DNA of 49,330 nucleotides, the filler included, from Bipalium vagum (Eukaryota), in assembly GCA_037834085.1 (NCBI GenBank). It is 2 parts of 2 records of this genome, joined end to end, with 100 filler letters (N's around TTAATTAATTAA, not from the genome) between each part and the next. Parts side by side here need not be neighbours in the genome. Positions count along the whole stretch, not along the records: positions 31,323 to 49,330 come from JBBMKC010044205.1; 1 more part is not named here. One strand, written 5' to 3'. The position numbers were made by a program, and so were the translations under genes. The first letter of the stretch is position 1, and each line of letters opens with the position of its first letter. This document shows, piece after piece, positions 38,081-49,330 of this stretch. The notes under the pieces are model-generated. The model saw nothing but the letters and a program-made list of their open reading frames with translations, had not been told where the DNA came from and searched no databases.

Positions 38081-40039
38081 ATTTTAAAAAGCGCAAAGTT
38101 TCTTGGTTTTCTGATATTAATTGTAATTTTATTAGTAAGTAGAACTTATTGTGTCCGTAAACTGATTATTACATCAACTACGAGTAACAGGTTAGATCCA
38201 GGTTCCATTGTTAAGATTAATTTTAATTCGAGTTTTGTAACATTTTTCAAAACTTTTTTATCTTTAACTTTCAAACAACAACCCTTACTGACTGACCGAA
38301 AGATCAATATGATTTTATGTAATTGCAAAAATACCAGTCCTTGTCGAGCATTAAGACCACTGATTCTCTTTTTATTATTGATAATGATTAAAAATATCAC
38401 AAATTACACAATTATATTTATATAGAAAAAATAAATAGTGTTAATGACCTCAGTCATATTTTTCATTTTATTTAATGTATGACTTAATTTATTACACCCC
38501 TTCATAATATTTTATTTACGAGAAACCATAGAAAATAAAAAAATTTGATTTCCAACTGTAATTTATCAATTGCAATTTATTGTTATGCCCATTTAACATT
38601 AACCAACATTTGCATTATATTTTGTTATTTTATATTAATTATGATCTTTTTGTATGTATTCGGAGCTAGGTGTTACCTATTATTCTGTTACTATAAACAA
38701 AGCAAGAAACAATAAGGATTTTTTTAAAATCTTATTATATTTATTATGTGATATATTATCTAGTAATAATAATAATAACACTATAAATAAAAAATGTTTT
38801 TAAGTTAAATAACTGAATTTCCCAATATAATTTGCTTAAATATATCAATCTAAATTGGTAAGTAGGTCAAATTGTTTAAAATGATATATAGAAGTAAGAT
38901 AAACATATCAATATTACTGAATTAATTTCATTTTCAAAAATGACTCAAGAATCTTGTCGTAAATTTTTTGCTGAGCATTTCATTGATGAAAACATATCAA
39001 AATCAATTGTGTATTGGCTAATATAACGGAACAGAGTAAAACTGAGGCAAGACAAAGCTATATTTTACTAAAATGAATTATTTTAACTGAAACAGTTTTT
39101 GTAACTTTAGTCATTAAAAAATCCAGCAAAAATGGTGATATATATGTATCCCATAAGTCCCCGTGGAAAGTAGTTTTTATATAAAAATGAGATGAACAAT
39201 GTGAGATGATATTTTAATAAGCAACGTTTAATTTAAGCTATGACATTAATACACATAATAATATTGTTTTTTCTTCAATTTGATTGAATTCGAAAATCTT
39301 TACATCTTTAATTATTTTGCTTTGCTTTTGTAATTTTTCTCTTTACAAACTCTCCAGGTCTAGGTTAACAATGGTGTATCAGTTATGACAATAGCATATT
39401 TGGTCAATGGAGTTCACTCATATGAGATCTTCAATAGAGACGTTTCTCAAATAAGTTATTATTTAACCTATGGACAAGAAATAGTTGATTTTTGAAAGAG
39501 AAAGATAATGAAAATTGAAGCTATATTAAATAATCTCCAAACAGTAAAATTTGAAAATAAATGTATTGTCTTAATGAATTTTATATCCGCAAAAATCAAA
39601 AATCTGAATTTTTACGACATTTTAGAATTTTCAATAGGTATTTGTAATGTTAAAAAATATTTGAAAATACCCAATTTGTATTTATTGTTAACAAACTGGA
39701 TTGAGTTTCAATTTTATATTGAAAACAATTTCTGAAATTAGGGAAAATGATTTCATAATTAATCTTAAAATTACTTGAGTTGGGTAAATTTTAGACTTAC
39801 GATCATAAAATGAATATAAAATATGAATACATTAGAATTAAATATTGCTAAAATAATTTCAGTTAAAAATATTAAAAGTGAAATATTAAGCTTTGCTTAT
39901 GATAAAAAATGGAATTCTCGATCCTGTTTTTAAGAAAAGCTACTTTATTTAAAAGATAAAAATTCAAATATTTTAAAATAATTTTAACTTAAAAATTGTT
40001 TAAATTTTCTCATAATTTAAAATTGATCGCCATTAAATT

Positions 40040-42372
40040 ATGACAGCATATTTACCTCCAAATTTATTGGCACTCTTCGCAGCAAGAGACCCTATAACAT
40101 TTTGGCCGAGTATAGAACGACCAAAACACCACAGAAATTTACCATACACCGGTATCGCACAATATGTCCACTTATTTGAAGATCCATCTGAAACTCCAGC
40201 GCCCCCTAAAGTTGAAACTCGAGAAGAAAAACGAGAAAGAAAAGTGATTTTTCAGTTTCATTCAATATTAAACTGATCTCACATTTGAAAATTTAGAGAA
40301 AGGAAAAAGCCGAACAAATAGCCTACAAAGTCGAGCAGGACTTGGCTCTCTGGAATCCCCACGAAATTCCCAGCGGAACAAAGGATGCTTACAAGACACT
40401 TTTCGTTGCACGAATCGTAAAATTATTGAAAAAAAATTCCATAAAATATATTTCTATTTTCTTTTTAGAATTATGACACAACTGAAAGCAAAATCCGACG
40501 AGAATTCGAAGCTTACGGACCGATTAAGATGATCAGAATGATAAAAAACATCAAAACTAACAAACCAAGAGGGTACTGTTTCATTGAGTATGAGCATGAG
40601 CGCGATATGCACGGTAAGTATTAAAAAGTGGAATGTCCCGGTTCTTAGGAACGCAGGGAACAAAAACGGTATTTTTACATAAACAGACTGACTTTTTTTA
40701 AAACAAAAAATTAATAAAAAACAAAAGTAAGACAAAAAACATCCTAAAGGAAAATATCTGTCAACAAAAACAATTATTGGAGAACGGTGGACAAGTGAAG
40801 AGTGTTTGTGTGATCGGCACTTGATCAGGTGTGTGGTTTGAAACGATTTTCTTTTATATCTACCGCGTTCACAATTTACATAATCGACAGGACGACGAAT
40901 TGGTATTTTGTTTTCGGCATAAATTTTACAAAATTATTTTTTATCGATTGAAAAAAATTAATCAATTTTATTATTAAAATTTATCAGTTTTAATTAGACT
41001 TAACTTTTTAGAGTTATTAACATTATTTTTATCGATTGAATATAATAATCAACTTTATTTAACTATTCATATCAATCGGTTATTTAAAGAGAATGATTAT
41101 GTAAATTGGGAATATCGATTTAACAATTATTATTGATTGATAATAATCATAATTGTTTTTTGGTTCCCGCGTGGATTTTCTTTTATCGATTTGATCCAAA
41201 TAGAGAGACGTTAATCAACACTGTGTTACATCTGGTAGGTAAGTTGCTCTGCCATCTGATGACGGTAAGGTTTTGGAAACTTTATTGGCTTCTTTTTGTG
41301 TGTGTGTGTGTTTGATTGTCTCTATTTTTGTGACATCTCTTAAATTGTTTCTTTTTCTTTAGATGCCTTTGAGCCATACGGCCTCTAGAGCATCCCTTGA
41401 CAATTAACCTTTCGTAAACTTATCGCGACAAAAGAAATAGAGAGAGAAATATTGATTTGTGAGAGGGTCTTTGTGTGTGTATAAGAGAGTTAAGGTTTGT
41501 ACACATGGTAGGTGCTGATTAATATAAATATATGTATAAGAACATAATTTCAATATATACGATCGATTAGTTTCGATTTGAAATTGAAAATTCATTTAAA
41601 TTATTTATTATATCCAGCCGCTTATAAGAACGCCGATGGAAAGAAAATTGACAGTCATCGCGTTCTTGTCGACGTAGAACGTGCACGAACCGTGAAGAAT
41701 TGGAGACCTAGAAGATTGGGTAAGATTTTTAAAATATTTTTATTGGGATAAGAAAATTTTCTAGTTTTAATGTTTAAAATTTAAAAAATTCTCTCGATTT
41801 ACAGGTGGCGGATTGGGAAATACTCGTCGTGGACCGCCGGAACAAAATTCAAAGTACACAACACGTGATGAGCCTCGTGAACGAGACACCGAGAGAAGAC
41901 GACGAAGTCGATCGAAAGAAAAGGAGCGACGAGACAGAGACAAGGATCGAGAACGAGATAGAAATCGCGACAGAGACCGAGAGCGAGATCATAAAGAATC
42001 TCGTGGTGATCGGTCGAAACGGAAAAGTAATTTTTAGTCGTTGAAAATTCTATCAATTTATTGATGATTATTGATTTTTTTACATAATCAATAAACATCA
42101 AATTTTGGTTTTCTATTTTTGTAACGGATGTTTCTTACGTCCCTGATTGTGTTCTATGGATTTTTCATTGATCCGTTCCAGGAAGTCGTTCCCGAGAGCG
42201 TCACAAGCACAGGAGTAGATCGCGAGGAAAGTCTAAGGACAGATCAACAGATCGATCCAAAGACAAGAAGCAAAAGAAGGATCGAGATCGTGATAGAGAC
42301 CGGGAGCGGAAAAACGGCGTTGCAACGACAGCAGTCCGTCAATTCGGAGAATATCTGGTGGACATTGAGTAG
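40040..42372 (+). CDS. SNRNP70: U1 small nuclear ribonucleoprotein 70 kDa
   Basis: Exons 40040-40243, 40297-40416, 40469-40613, 41618-41719, 41805-42026 and 42182-42372 give [18 protein letters not shown]...[24 protein letters not shown]...[56 protein letters not shown] plus an RS/RD/RE tail. Confidence 0.98.
41204..41263 (+). promoter_or_regulatory. Candidate poison exon with clustered 5' splice sites in the long U1-70K intron
   Basis: A pyrimidine tract and AG at 41203 give G|AG AGA CGT TAA, an immediate premature stop. Donor-like sites GTAGGT, GTAAGT and GTAAGG lie at about 41235-41270. Confidence 0.6.
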
Positions 42373-43482
42373 AAAAATGTTATGCTTGTGTAATTATTAA
42401 AAATAAAAAATATATTGTCTTAAAAAAATATTAATATTATTGATTTTAAAATTTAAAAGACATTATCGATTAAATTAAATAAAAAGTAATTTTAATAATT
42501 TATCAGGAGAGATTAATTCTAATTAGTAATATGGGTTTTATTGCAAATTGAAAAAAATTGGTAAGGTAACTCTATCAAAATAATTTTAAAATTAAGTTTT
42601 TCGTTATTCTAATCTTTAATTTCATGAAACAATTATTTTTATTGTTTTGTCTTTGATTTTATTTTATCCAAATCAATGTTTTTAAAGTTGTATATCAAAA
42701 ATAAATTTTTTCTCTAAAGTCTCGTTAAATTTTCTATCATTTCAACCTTTAATTTACATTTGATACAACTTGTTAAATTCCTAAAAATTGGTATAGAGAT
42801 TTGGGTTAAGTATATCGATATTGCACTTTTAATAACTTAACAGGGTTTAGTGTGATTATACGAATTTTTTGAGTGTATTTTCGGAACTCCGAGTGAAAAT
42901 AGGGTAGAAAAAAGGGTACTAGCACTAAATCGATTGTCAATGACAACACAAAAATTTCAATCACTAAAATAAAAGTCAATTAAATATACAAAGGCTTTAA
43001 AAACTTGTTTTTCGTCAATAATATTAATTGATGGCTATTTAATTTAATAAAAAACTAGTAAAAGATGATCCTTTCAAAGTTACTTAGAAAGTTGTGGGAA
43101 GACCCTGTGACAATTTACCAGCTTAACCGCTGTTTAAACAGCAAAAAAAAGGAAAGAAAATGTTAGATTAAAAAGTAATTATTTATAGTATTAATTATTG
43201 ATTAATGGAAGCCTATTTTATTTTAGAAATCTTGTGCAATTTTAATCAAATTGCCAACTTTAATATTAATAAATTAAAATATAACACAAACTATACCCCG
43301 TTCGTACCCCTATTTTTAAGAGCTGAAAATTATAAATTAGAAGAAAAAGATTTAAAATCTTATTCTAAAGATTTATTATGGTTAATAGAAAACTGTGCAT
43401 TTGAATCATATAAAAATAAAATAAAAAAACCACATTAAAATTTGAATGATACAATTATAAATAATTACTTGAAAATAGATGA

Positions 43483-44757
43483 AAATCTAAGGGTGGAAAT
43501 AAAACAAATCCAGTTCACAATTTTACAGGTCTAGGAACAAATGTTGACAAGGGTTTAGAAAACTATGAAGAAATAATAGAAAATTTTGAAGACAATAAAG
43601 ATTTATCAATTCTCCCAATTCCAAAATCTGATTCCATTCCAATAAATCGAGTTGATCAAGCAGCAATGAAACATGGTGTAAAATATATGTCAACAAATTT
43701 AGAAGATCGTCATATTGCAGATGTAGAAATGATTCATGAAATGAACAACATTCAAAATCCAACTCCAAGAGAAAAATTAGAAAGAGCAATAGTAAAATTA
43801 ATTATGAAAGGAAAGATTGCTCTATGTCTTGGTTTAGAAAGAACTTCCAAGACGCTCGCCAATGAAAAACTTTTTGAAAATTCTAAAATTCCTTCTCCAG
43901 AAAAAAGTAAACAATTAGCAAATGAACTTCATAAAGAATTAAGAAAAACTAAAAATTACGTAAAAGTAAAGGTTAATAATAAAGATGATATTTGGTCAGC
44001 AGACTTAACTTTTGTTCCAGCAGAAAAAGATTATAAAATAATTTTAACAATTATTGATTTATTTACAAGATTTGCTTTTGCAGTTCCTTTAAAAAATAAA
44101 ACTGGAAATTCTATAACAGATGCCTTTGATGAAATATTTTGTAATTACCAAAGAAAACCTGAAAAACTATGGGTTGATAAAGGAACAGAATTTTATAATA
44201 AAACTTTTGAAGAATTTTGTGATGATAATGAAATAAAAATTTACTCTACAGAGAATGAAGGAAAAGCTGTTGCCATTGAAAGATTTAATAGAACTCTAAA
44301 AAATTTAATGTTTAAAAAATTTAAAGAACAAGGAAATAGAAAATGGATTCATTTAATACAAAATTTAATAAATTTTTATAATAATAAAATTCATTCATCA
44401 ATTGGAATGACACCGAGGGAAGCGGTTAAGCGAAGCGCTTCTCCTAATGATGCTTCTAAAAATCCAGAAAAACTAAAAGTAAAAAATAATGAAAATATAA
44501 ATCCCTTAACTTTAAAACCAAAATTCCATATTGTTGATCATGTAAGAATTTTTAAATATAAAAATAAATTTGAAAAAGGATATACAGCAAAATGGACTGA
44601 AGAAATTTTTATCATAAATAAAATTTCTTTTACTTCTCCAATTGTTTATGGAATTATTGATAAAAATGGAAAAGAAATAATTGGAAGATTTTATGAGAAT
44701 GAATTACAGAAAAGTAGTTTTAAACTGGAATTTATGTTGAAAAATTATAATAAATAA
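43483..44757 (+). CDS. Polinton integrase (rve, DDE) with an N-terminal parvovirus-type phospholipase A2-like domain
   Basis: The frame is open from 43483 (first ATG 43666). PLA2-like HNFTGLGT...PINRVDQAAMKHGVKY...RHIAD. Integrase LANELHK, WSADL, IDLFTRFAFAVPLKNK, LWVDKGTEF, IERFNRTLK, YN...HSSIGMTP, FEKGY...WT.EIF, G.FY..ELQK. Confidence 0.9.
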   Translation, partial: KSKGGNKTNPVHNFTGLGTNVDKGLENYEEIIENFEDNKDLSILPIPKSDSIPINRVDQAAMKHGVKYMSTNLEDRHIADVEMIHEMNNIQNPTPREKLERAIVKLIMKGKIALCLGLERTSKTLANEKLFENSKIPSPEKSKQLANELHKELRKTKNYVKVKVNNKDDIWSADLTFVPAEKDYKIILTIIDLFTRFAFAVPLKNKTGNSITDAFDEIFCNYQRKPEKLWVDKGTEFYNKTFEEFCDDNEIKIYSTENEGKAVAIERFNRTLKNLMFKKFKEQGNRKWIHLIQNLINFYNNKIHSSIGMTPREAVKRSASPNDASKNPEKLKVKNNENINPLTLKPKFHIVDHVRIFKYKNKFEKGYTAKWTEEIFIINKISFTSPIVYGIIDKNGKEIIGRFYENELQKSSFKLEFMLKNYNK

Positions 44758-45531
44758 AGCTGTTTTAAGATTGAGAAAAAATTAATTTTCAAGTAGAATT
44801 TATTTTTAAAATTTAATATGGTTGATGCTCCTCCAAGCTATGAAGATCTTTATGCCATTAATGGTATATTAAATTTATATAAATTTAATAATCTATTTTA
44901 ATATTATTTATCACAGGAATTCTTCGACAAGAACAAATTGTAAAAAATATTCAAATTTTGTTAAAATATAAGAAGAACCAAGAAGTAAGGCTTAAGAAAA
45001 CAATCAAAAGAGCCAATGATGAACAAAACAAATTAGATGTAGAAATTGAACAAATCAATTTAAATTTAATTCAGGAAGAACAAAAATTGTTAGCTTTACG
45101 ATTTAATACCATTCAAGTCCAATCTCAAAACAATCAACAAAATCAACAAGAAGTGATTATGCAGAATTAAAATATTAATTAAAAATATAATAATTAAAGA
45201 GATTTTAATTAAATAAAATTTAGATATTTGTTTTATTATATATTATAATAAATTTATTATAATTAATTTGTATATTAGATTTACTTATATGTTTATCTAT
45301 GAGTTAGTATTTGTTGAACCAAGTCAACGTTGTCAATTTTGTTACATTTCTTCAATCAATACTAACCCGAAAACAAACAGATTTAACAATTATTACAATA
45401 ATGAAATAATTAAATAATTAAAAGCAGTAAGCGTGAATTTTATATTTATAAACATATCAAAACATGTAAAAAAATGCAAAAACATGTTAAACAAATTAAA
45501 ATTAAGATTTTTTCAAATTTTTTATTAAAAA

Positions 45532-46091
45532 ATGGCAAAGGAAATCACCGAAGAAAAACTACAAAATATTATAGAAATGAGAAAACCTAAATACGGGGAA
45601 AATATTATTTATCCAAAAAGATAATAAATGAGATCGAAGATAAAATTGATGATCAAACTGATGAACAAAAAGAAGGAGGAATAGGCGAAGCTCACACCAC
45701 TGAAGGTGGTGTACTTCCATTAATTCCAATTTTAAGAGCAATATTTGCAGGTTTAGGAGCAGCTGGTGGAGTTGCTGGAGGAGTTACAACAGCAGTTCAA
45801 AATGTAAAAGACACTCTAAAAAACTGATTTATAGAAAAAAAATTACAAATGGAGATAAAAAAACTTAAACCAAAAGAAGAAAAGGAATCAACTGGAGCTG
45901 GACTTTACTCCGTTCCATATTTTGGAAAAAGGCTGAGAGATACAATTTTAAATAGTTCAGAATATAAAAGTTTACAGAAATCTGAAAAGAAAGATTTAAA
46001 GGAATTATTACAAAAATTATGTAAAAATAAAATTAAAATAATTAAGCAAGGAAATGGATTATACCTTGAAAATAATGAGATTTATAAATGA
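45532..46091 (+). pseudogene. Polinton/adintovirus pX/core-like protein, disrupted
   Basis: EGGVLPLIPILRAIFAGLGAAGGVAGGVTTAV followed by GAGLY and GNGLYL motifs typical of Polinton core-like proteins. Internal stops. Confidence 0.7.
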
Positions 46092-46289
46092 ACACACCGA
46101 AGGTGCTAGAGCTGAAGGCTCGTTTTCCCAACAGAAAAATTTTCCCCAATTTTAAAAAATAGCCCTATAAAATTTAATTTCATAATTTAAATAGATGGGG
46201 TATTCCCAATGCCCTCATTAAAATTAATTTCATAATTAAAAATGGTATAGGTTTGAACTACATCATTATTTTAATTTGATTTTTAAAAA

Positions 46290-46847
46290 ATGTCTCGATT
46301 TAAGATTGTAAAAACAAATACATTAATAGAGTTTTTATGTAAATATGGAATTAATTCAACAACAAATTTTGATTTAATAGATATAGCTGAAGACTTAGAA
46401 TTTCCTTTAAAAGTTTTAATGCGGGATGAAATCCCTTGTGTTTTTCAAAACACGAAAGATAAACTCAAAGAAAAACACATAAAATCTGAAATTCCATTAA
46501 TTATTAATTATCAAAATACAAATCAAAAAGGAATTCATTGGGTTGGATATTATAAAAATTACTACTTTGATTCTTATGGTTTAAATCCTTTAGAACAATT
46601 TGAAAAATACGTTAAAGAGTACAATAAATTTGATTTTCAATCTGAAACAGATTTGTAATATTGTGGACAATTATCTTTATATGTTTTATATTATTTAGAT
46701 ATGAGCGAAGCTCATGAACCAAAGGCGATCAATAATAAAAATAGCAAACAAAGTTTGCAAGAGACTTTGTCACGATTTGACGAAAATGATGTAAAACTTC
46801 ATGAAAGCTTCGCTCGCATTTTAGAAGAAATAGAATGTTATTTTTGA
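46290..46847 (+). pseudogene. Adenain-like cysteine protease with a premature stop just before the catalytic Cys
   Basis: IIN...GIHWVGY...YFDSYG.NP...FQSETDL*YCGQLSLYVL. TAA at 46656-46658; the frame then continues to TGA at 46845-46847. Confidence 0.9.
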
Positions 46848-46873
46848 AAAGTTAAATTAAAAATAAAAATATA

Positions 46874-47288
46874 TGGGTGATCAAGTATTTGTTAATATTG
46901 CTGAAAATGGAGAATATATTTATACCAAAGCTCTAAATCATTATGATGAAGATGAAGAAAATGAAGTAAAAGAAGAAGTAAATTTTATCAGAAATGAAAG
47001 TGAAAATAAATTTTTAAATGTTACTGGATATTCATGAAAGGAATTTTAAATATGAACAATAATAAAATAATAAATATAGCTGATCCAATAAATGATAATG
47101 CTGTTGTAAATTTTGAATTTGTAAAAGAGATAGAACAAACAATATTAAACCACATTTTTGAAAATAAAAAAAAGATTAATATAAATAATAGAAATATAAA
47201 AAGTTTTAATTTTAATTTTATTTCATTTAAAGAAAACTTTTATAATGATAAAAAACATTTAGAAGATAAAATAAAAAACCTCAATTAA
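46874..47288 (+). pseudogene. Polinton accessory ORF with a fibre-like repeat motif, frameshifted
   Basis: FLNVTG..MKGILNMNNNKIINIADPINDN.VVN motif. Confidence 0.5.
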
Positions 47289-47410
47289 AGTTTGAGAAAA
47301 TTTCCTTTGAAAATTTTAATAAAAATATAGAAAAACATATAAATAAAAAATATTCAGATATAGAAATAAAATATAAATCTATAGAAAAAGATGTTAATGA
47401 AATGTGAACT

Positions 47411-47840
47411 ATGTTTTCAAAATCAAAGCACACAGATTTAAAAGTTTTAGAATACTTATTAACACATTATAAAAAATTAAAATTTAAATATGCAAAAATA
47501 GATTTTCATTTAAATTTAGGAACAAATGTTGTAACAGGAATTGTTGGAGTTGGATCTGCAATAATGACAGGAGTTTCTCTTTTAGGAATTGGATTAGTTA
47601 TTTATATTCCAATTGGTACTTCAATTTTACTGCATTAAATTTATTTATTACTGAAACAATTAGTAAAAATATTACAAGTAAAAGAAAAAAACTTTATAGA
47701 GAAATTTGTGAATCAATAGAAAATTCAATTAGTAAACTTTATATTTTTCAAATGAAATCATTAGAAATTGAACAAGCAAAAATAATTATTTATGACTTTA
47801 GAGAAAATATTAAAAAAATTAAGGAAAATAAAATTGTTTA
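47411..47840 (+). pseudogene. Polinton accessory ORF with a Gly-rich hydrophobic hairpin and coiled coil, frameshifted
   Basis: VVTGIVGVGSAIMTGVSLLGIGLVIYIPIG between Lys/Glu-rich helical segments. Confidence 0.5.
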
Positions 47841-49159
47841 ATAAATAATGAATCAAAAAATGAACTTAAAAAAGAATTGAATAAAGAGTATCGAGAAACA
47901 CTGAAAAATATTAATACAAAAATTAATTAAAATTTCTTTTAAAAAATGAGTGCTTTATATAATGGTAAAATATTTGAATTAAGTAAAAGTTTATATTTGC
48001 TAGAAATTTTTCCTATCTTTTAAAATATTGAAATTAACTCCCTTCAAGAAATGTATGAGTTTTTAGAATTTAAATATTTATTTTTCCATGGGAAGAATTT
48101 TAAAATATTTATTGGTGACACTTTTTCGTCAATTTTTTGTATAGTAAGATTTTATAATTATTTTTCTTTCAAAAAATAGAAATAGACCAAAAACAAAATT
48201 TAATTGATAGTAAAAATGAAATTGAAATATTAAAAAAATTAATAGCAGTAGAAAATGAATATAATAATAAAATAATAAACCAATGGGAGTTACAAAATGG
48301 AATACAAAGAGATTTAAGAATTTTCATAAACCTGTTACTGATGCAATCGATAAACCTAAACAAGCAGATTTGAAAGATGAGAACAAAGTTATTGAAACTA
48401 AAACTTCTGAAAAAAAGAGTTAAAATATGCTAATAAAAAACTATTGGAAAAACTTGAATAAAGAGAGAAAATTAAAACTGAGAATTTAATTGATGAAAAA
48501 CAAGATACTGTTTTTAATAAAAAGATTGATCAACCTCCACAATATGAAGATTTTAATTTTGAAAACTATTTTCGTATTAATCAAGAATTACCACCAACAA
48601 TATTACCTTCAATAAAAAATAATATTTTAACAATAAATAACGTTTCTTTTGAGTTATTTAAAATTGGTAATGAAATTAATTTTAGAAAACAAAATGAACC
48701 AAAGTCAGGAGTATTATCAGAAGGTTTAAAATCATTAATTGAAGGTGAAAATTATAGTAAGAATTTTCATAATAACTGGGCAAGAGATTTTAGTTTAAAA
48801 GATTTGAGGAATTATGTATATCTAATAAACTATGTTAAAGGAGCAATGAATTCAAATTATATTAAAAGTATTAGAAACCGAATAAGCCAACTTGATGAAA
48901 TAGAAAAATCAGGTGAGGGTTATAAAATTTATAAGCCAAAACACACTCTTGATCAGTTTGTAACATTAAGCAAATATTTAGCAGCTAAAAAGCAGGACAT
49001 GATAATCTTGATCATTTAATTTTAAAAATTTTAAATAAATTAAAAAAGCAAAATAAAATTACAGATAAAAATTATGAACAAAGTATGAAAAAATATTTTA
49101 ATAACTATTATAATTTGACTTAAAATAATAAAAAAATAATAAAAAAATAACAAAATTAA

Positions 49160-49330
49160 ATGGAAGTTGGTTTACAGAAAATATCAATCCTTTCATCTCA
49201 AAAATTTTCTTCATCATTTTTAGTAAAAAGTAAAGCATCAGAAATATCTTTTAGATTTGATAATACTTTAAATCTTGATCCTAATTTAAACTATGAATTG
49301 GGATTAGTTTATTTTTCAACTTATAATTCT
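49160..49330 (+). CDS. Polinton minor capsid (penton) protein, 5' part
   Basis: MEVGLQKISILSSQKFSSSFLVKSKASEISFRFDNTLNLDPNLNYELGLVYFSTYNS, open to the window end. Matches the F..PI.L..NYE.GL..F.TYNS penton N-terminal pattern. Confidence 0.8.
   Translation, partial: MEVGLQKISILSSQKFSSSFLVKSKASEISFRFDNTLNLDPNLNYELGLVYFSTYNS

Larger units (their letters stand above)
43200..49330 (+). mobile_element. Polinton/Maverick (adintovirus-like) endogenous element, decaying, runs off the window end
   Basis: Co-oriented, intron-poor AT-rich ORFs: retroviral-like integrase, pX/core-like ORF, adenain-like protease and penton start. The left TIR was not identified. Confidence 0.92.

Noticed and set aside
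41799-42400. Alternative-frame ORFs over the U1-70K tail
   Set aside because: By-products of the low-complexity RS/RD/RE coding sequence.
46656-46658. Stop-codon reassignment or readthrough in the Polinton protease
   Set aside because: Host genes end normally in TAA/TAG/TGA and neighbouring Polinton ORFs also carry frameshifts, so simple decay is more parsimonious.

Overview
This is AT-rich eukaryotic (animal, probably lophotrochozoan/spiralian-like) genomic DNA with very short GT-AG introns (about 40-100 nt), several N gaps and one artificial contig linker (31223-31322). Host genes reconstructed by hand: a predicted secreted signal peptide-Ig-Ig-coiled coil-MATH/TRAF protein (2806-5760), a multi-exon CRAL-TRIO lipid-binding protein (13915-15234), a DEAH-box RNA helicase (20322-23345, minus), an intronless 287-aa putative secreted protein, a C-type lectin-PAN/apple protein, and U1 snRNP 70K (40040-42372). 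The one long U1-70K intron carries candidate poison exons. Between these genes lie decayed Tc1/mariner, pogo, hAT and Gypsy elements and a duplicated chimeric repeat containing 18S rRNA fragments. The last 6 kb is a decaying Polinton/Maverick (adintovirus-like) element: a PLA2-integrase fusion, a pX/core-like ORF, an adenain-like protease and the start of the penton. It carries GC-rich GAA-loop mini-hairpins, two of which look like in-frame 30-nt insertions. The strongest novelty candidates are the Ig-Ig-CC-MATH architecture, the Polinton mini-hairpin insertions, the U1-70K poison cassette and the 18S-containing repeat. All gene models were read manually and are unverified.
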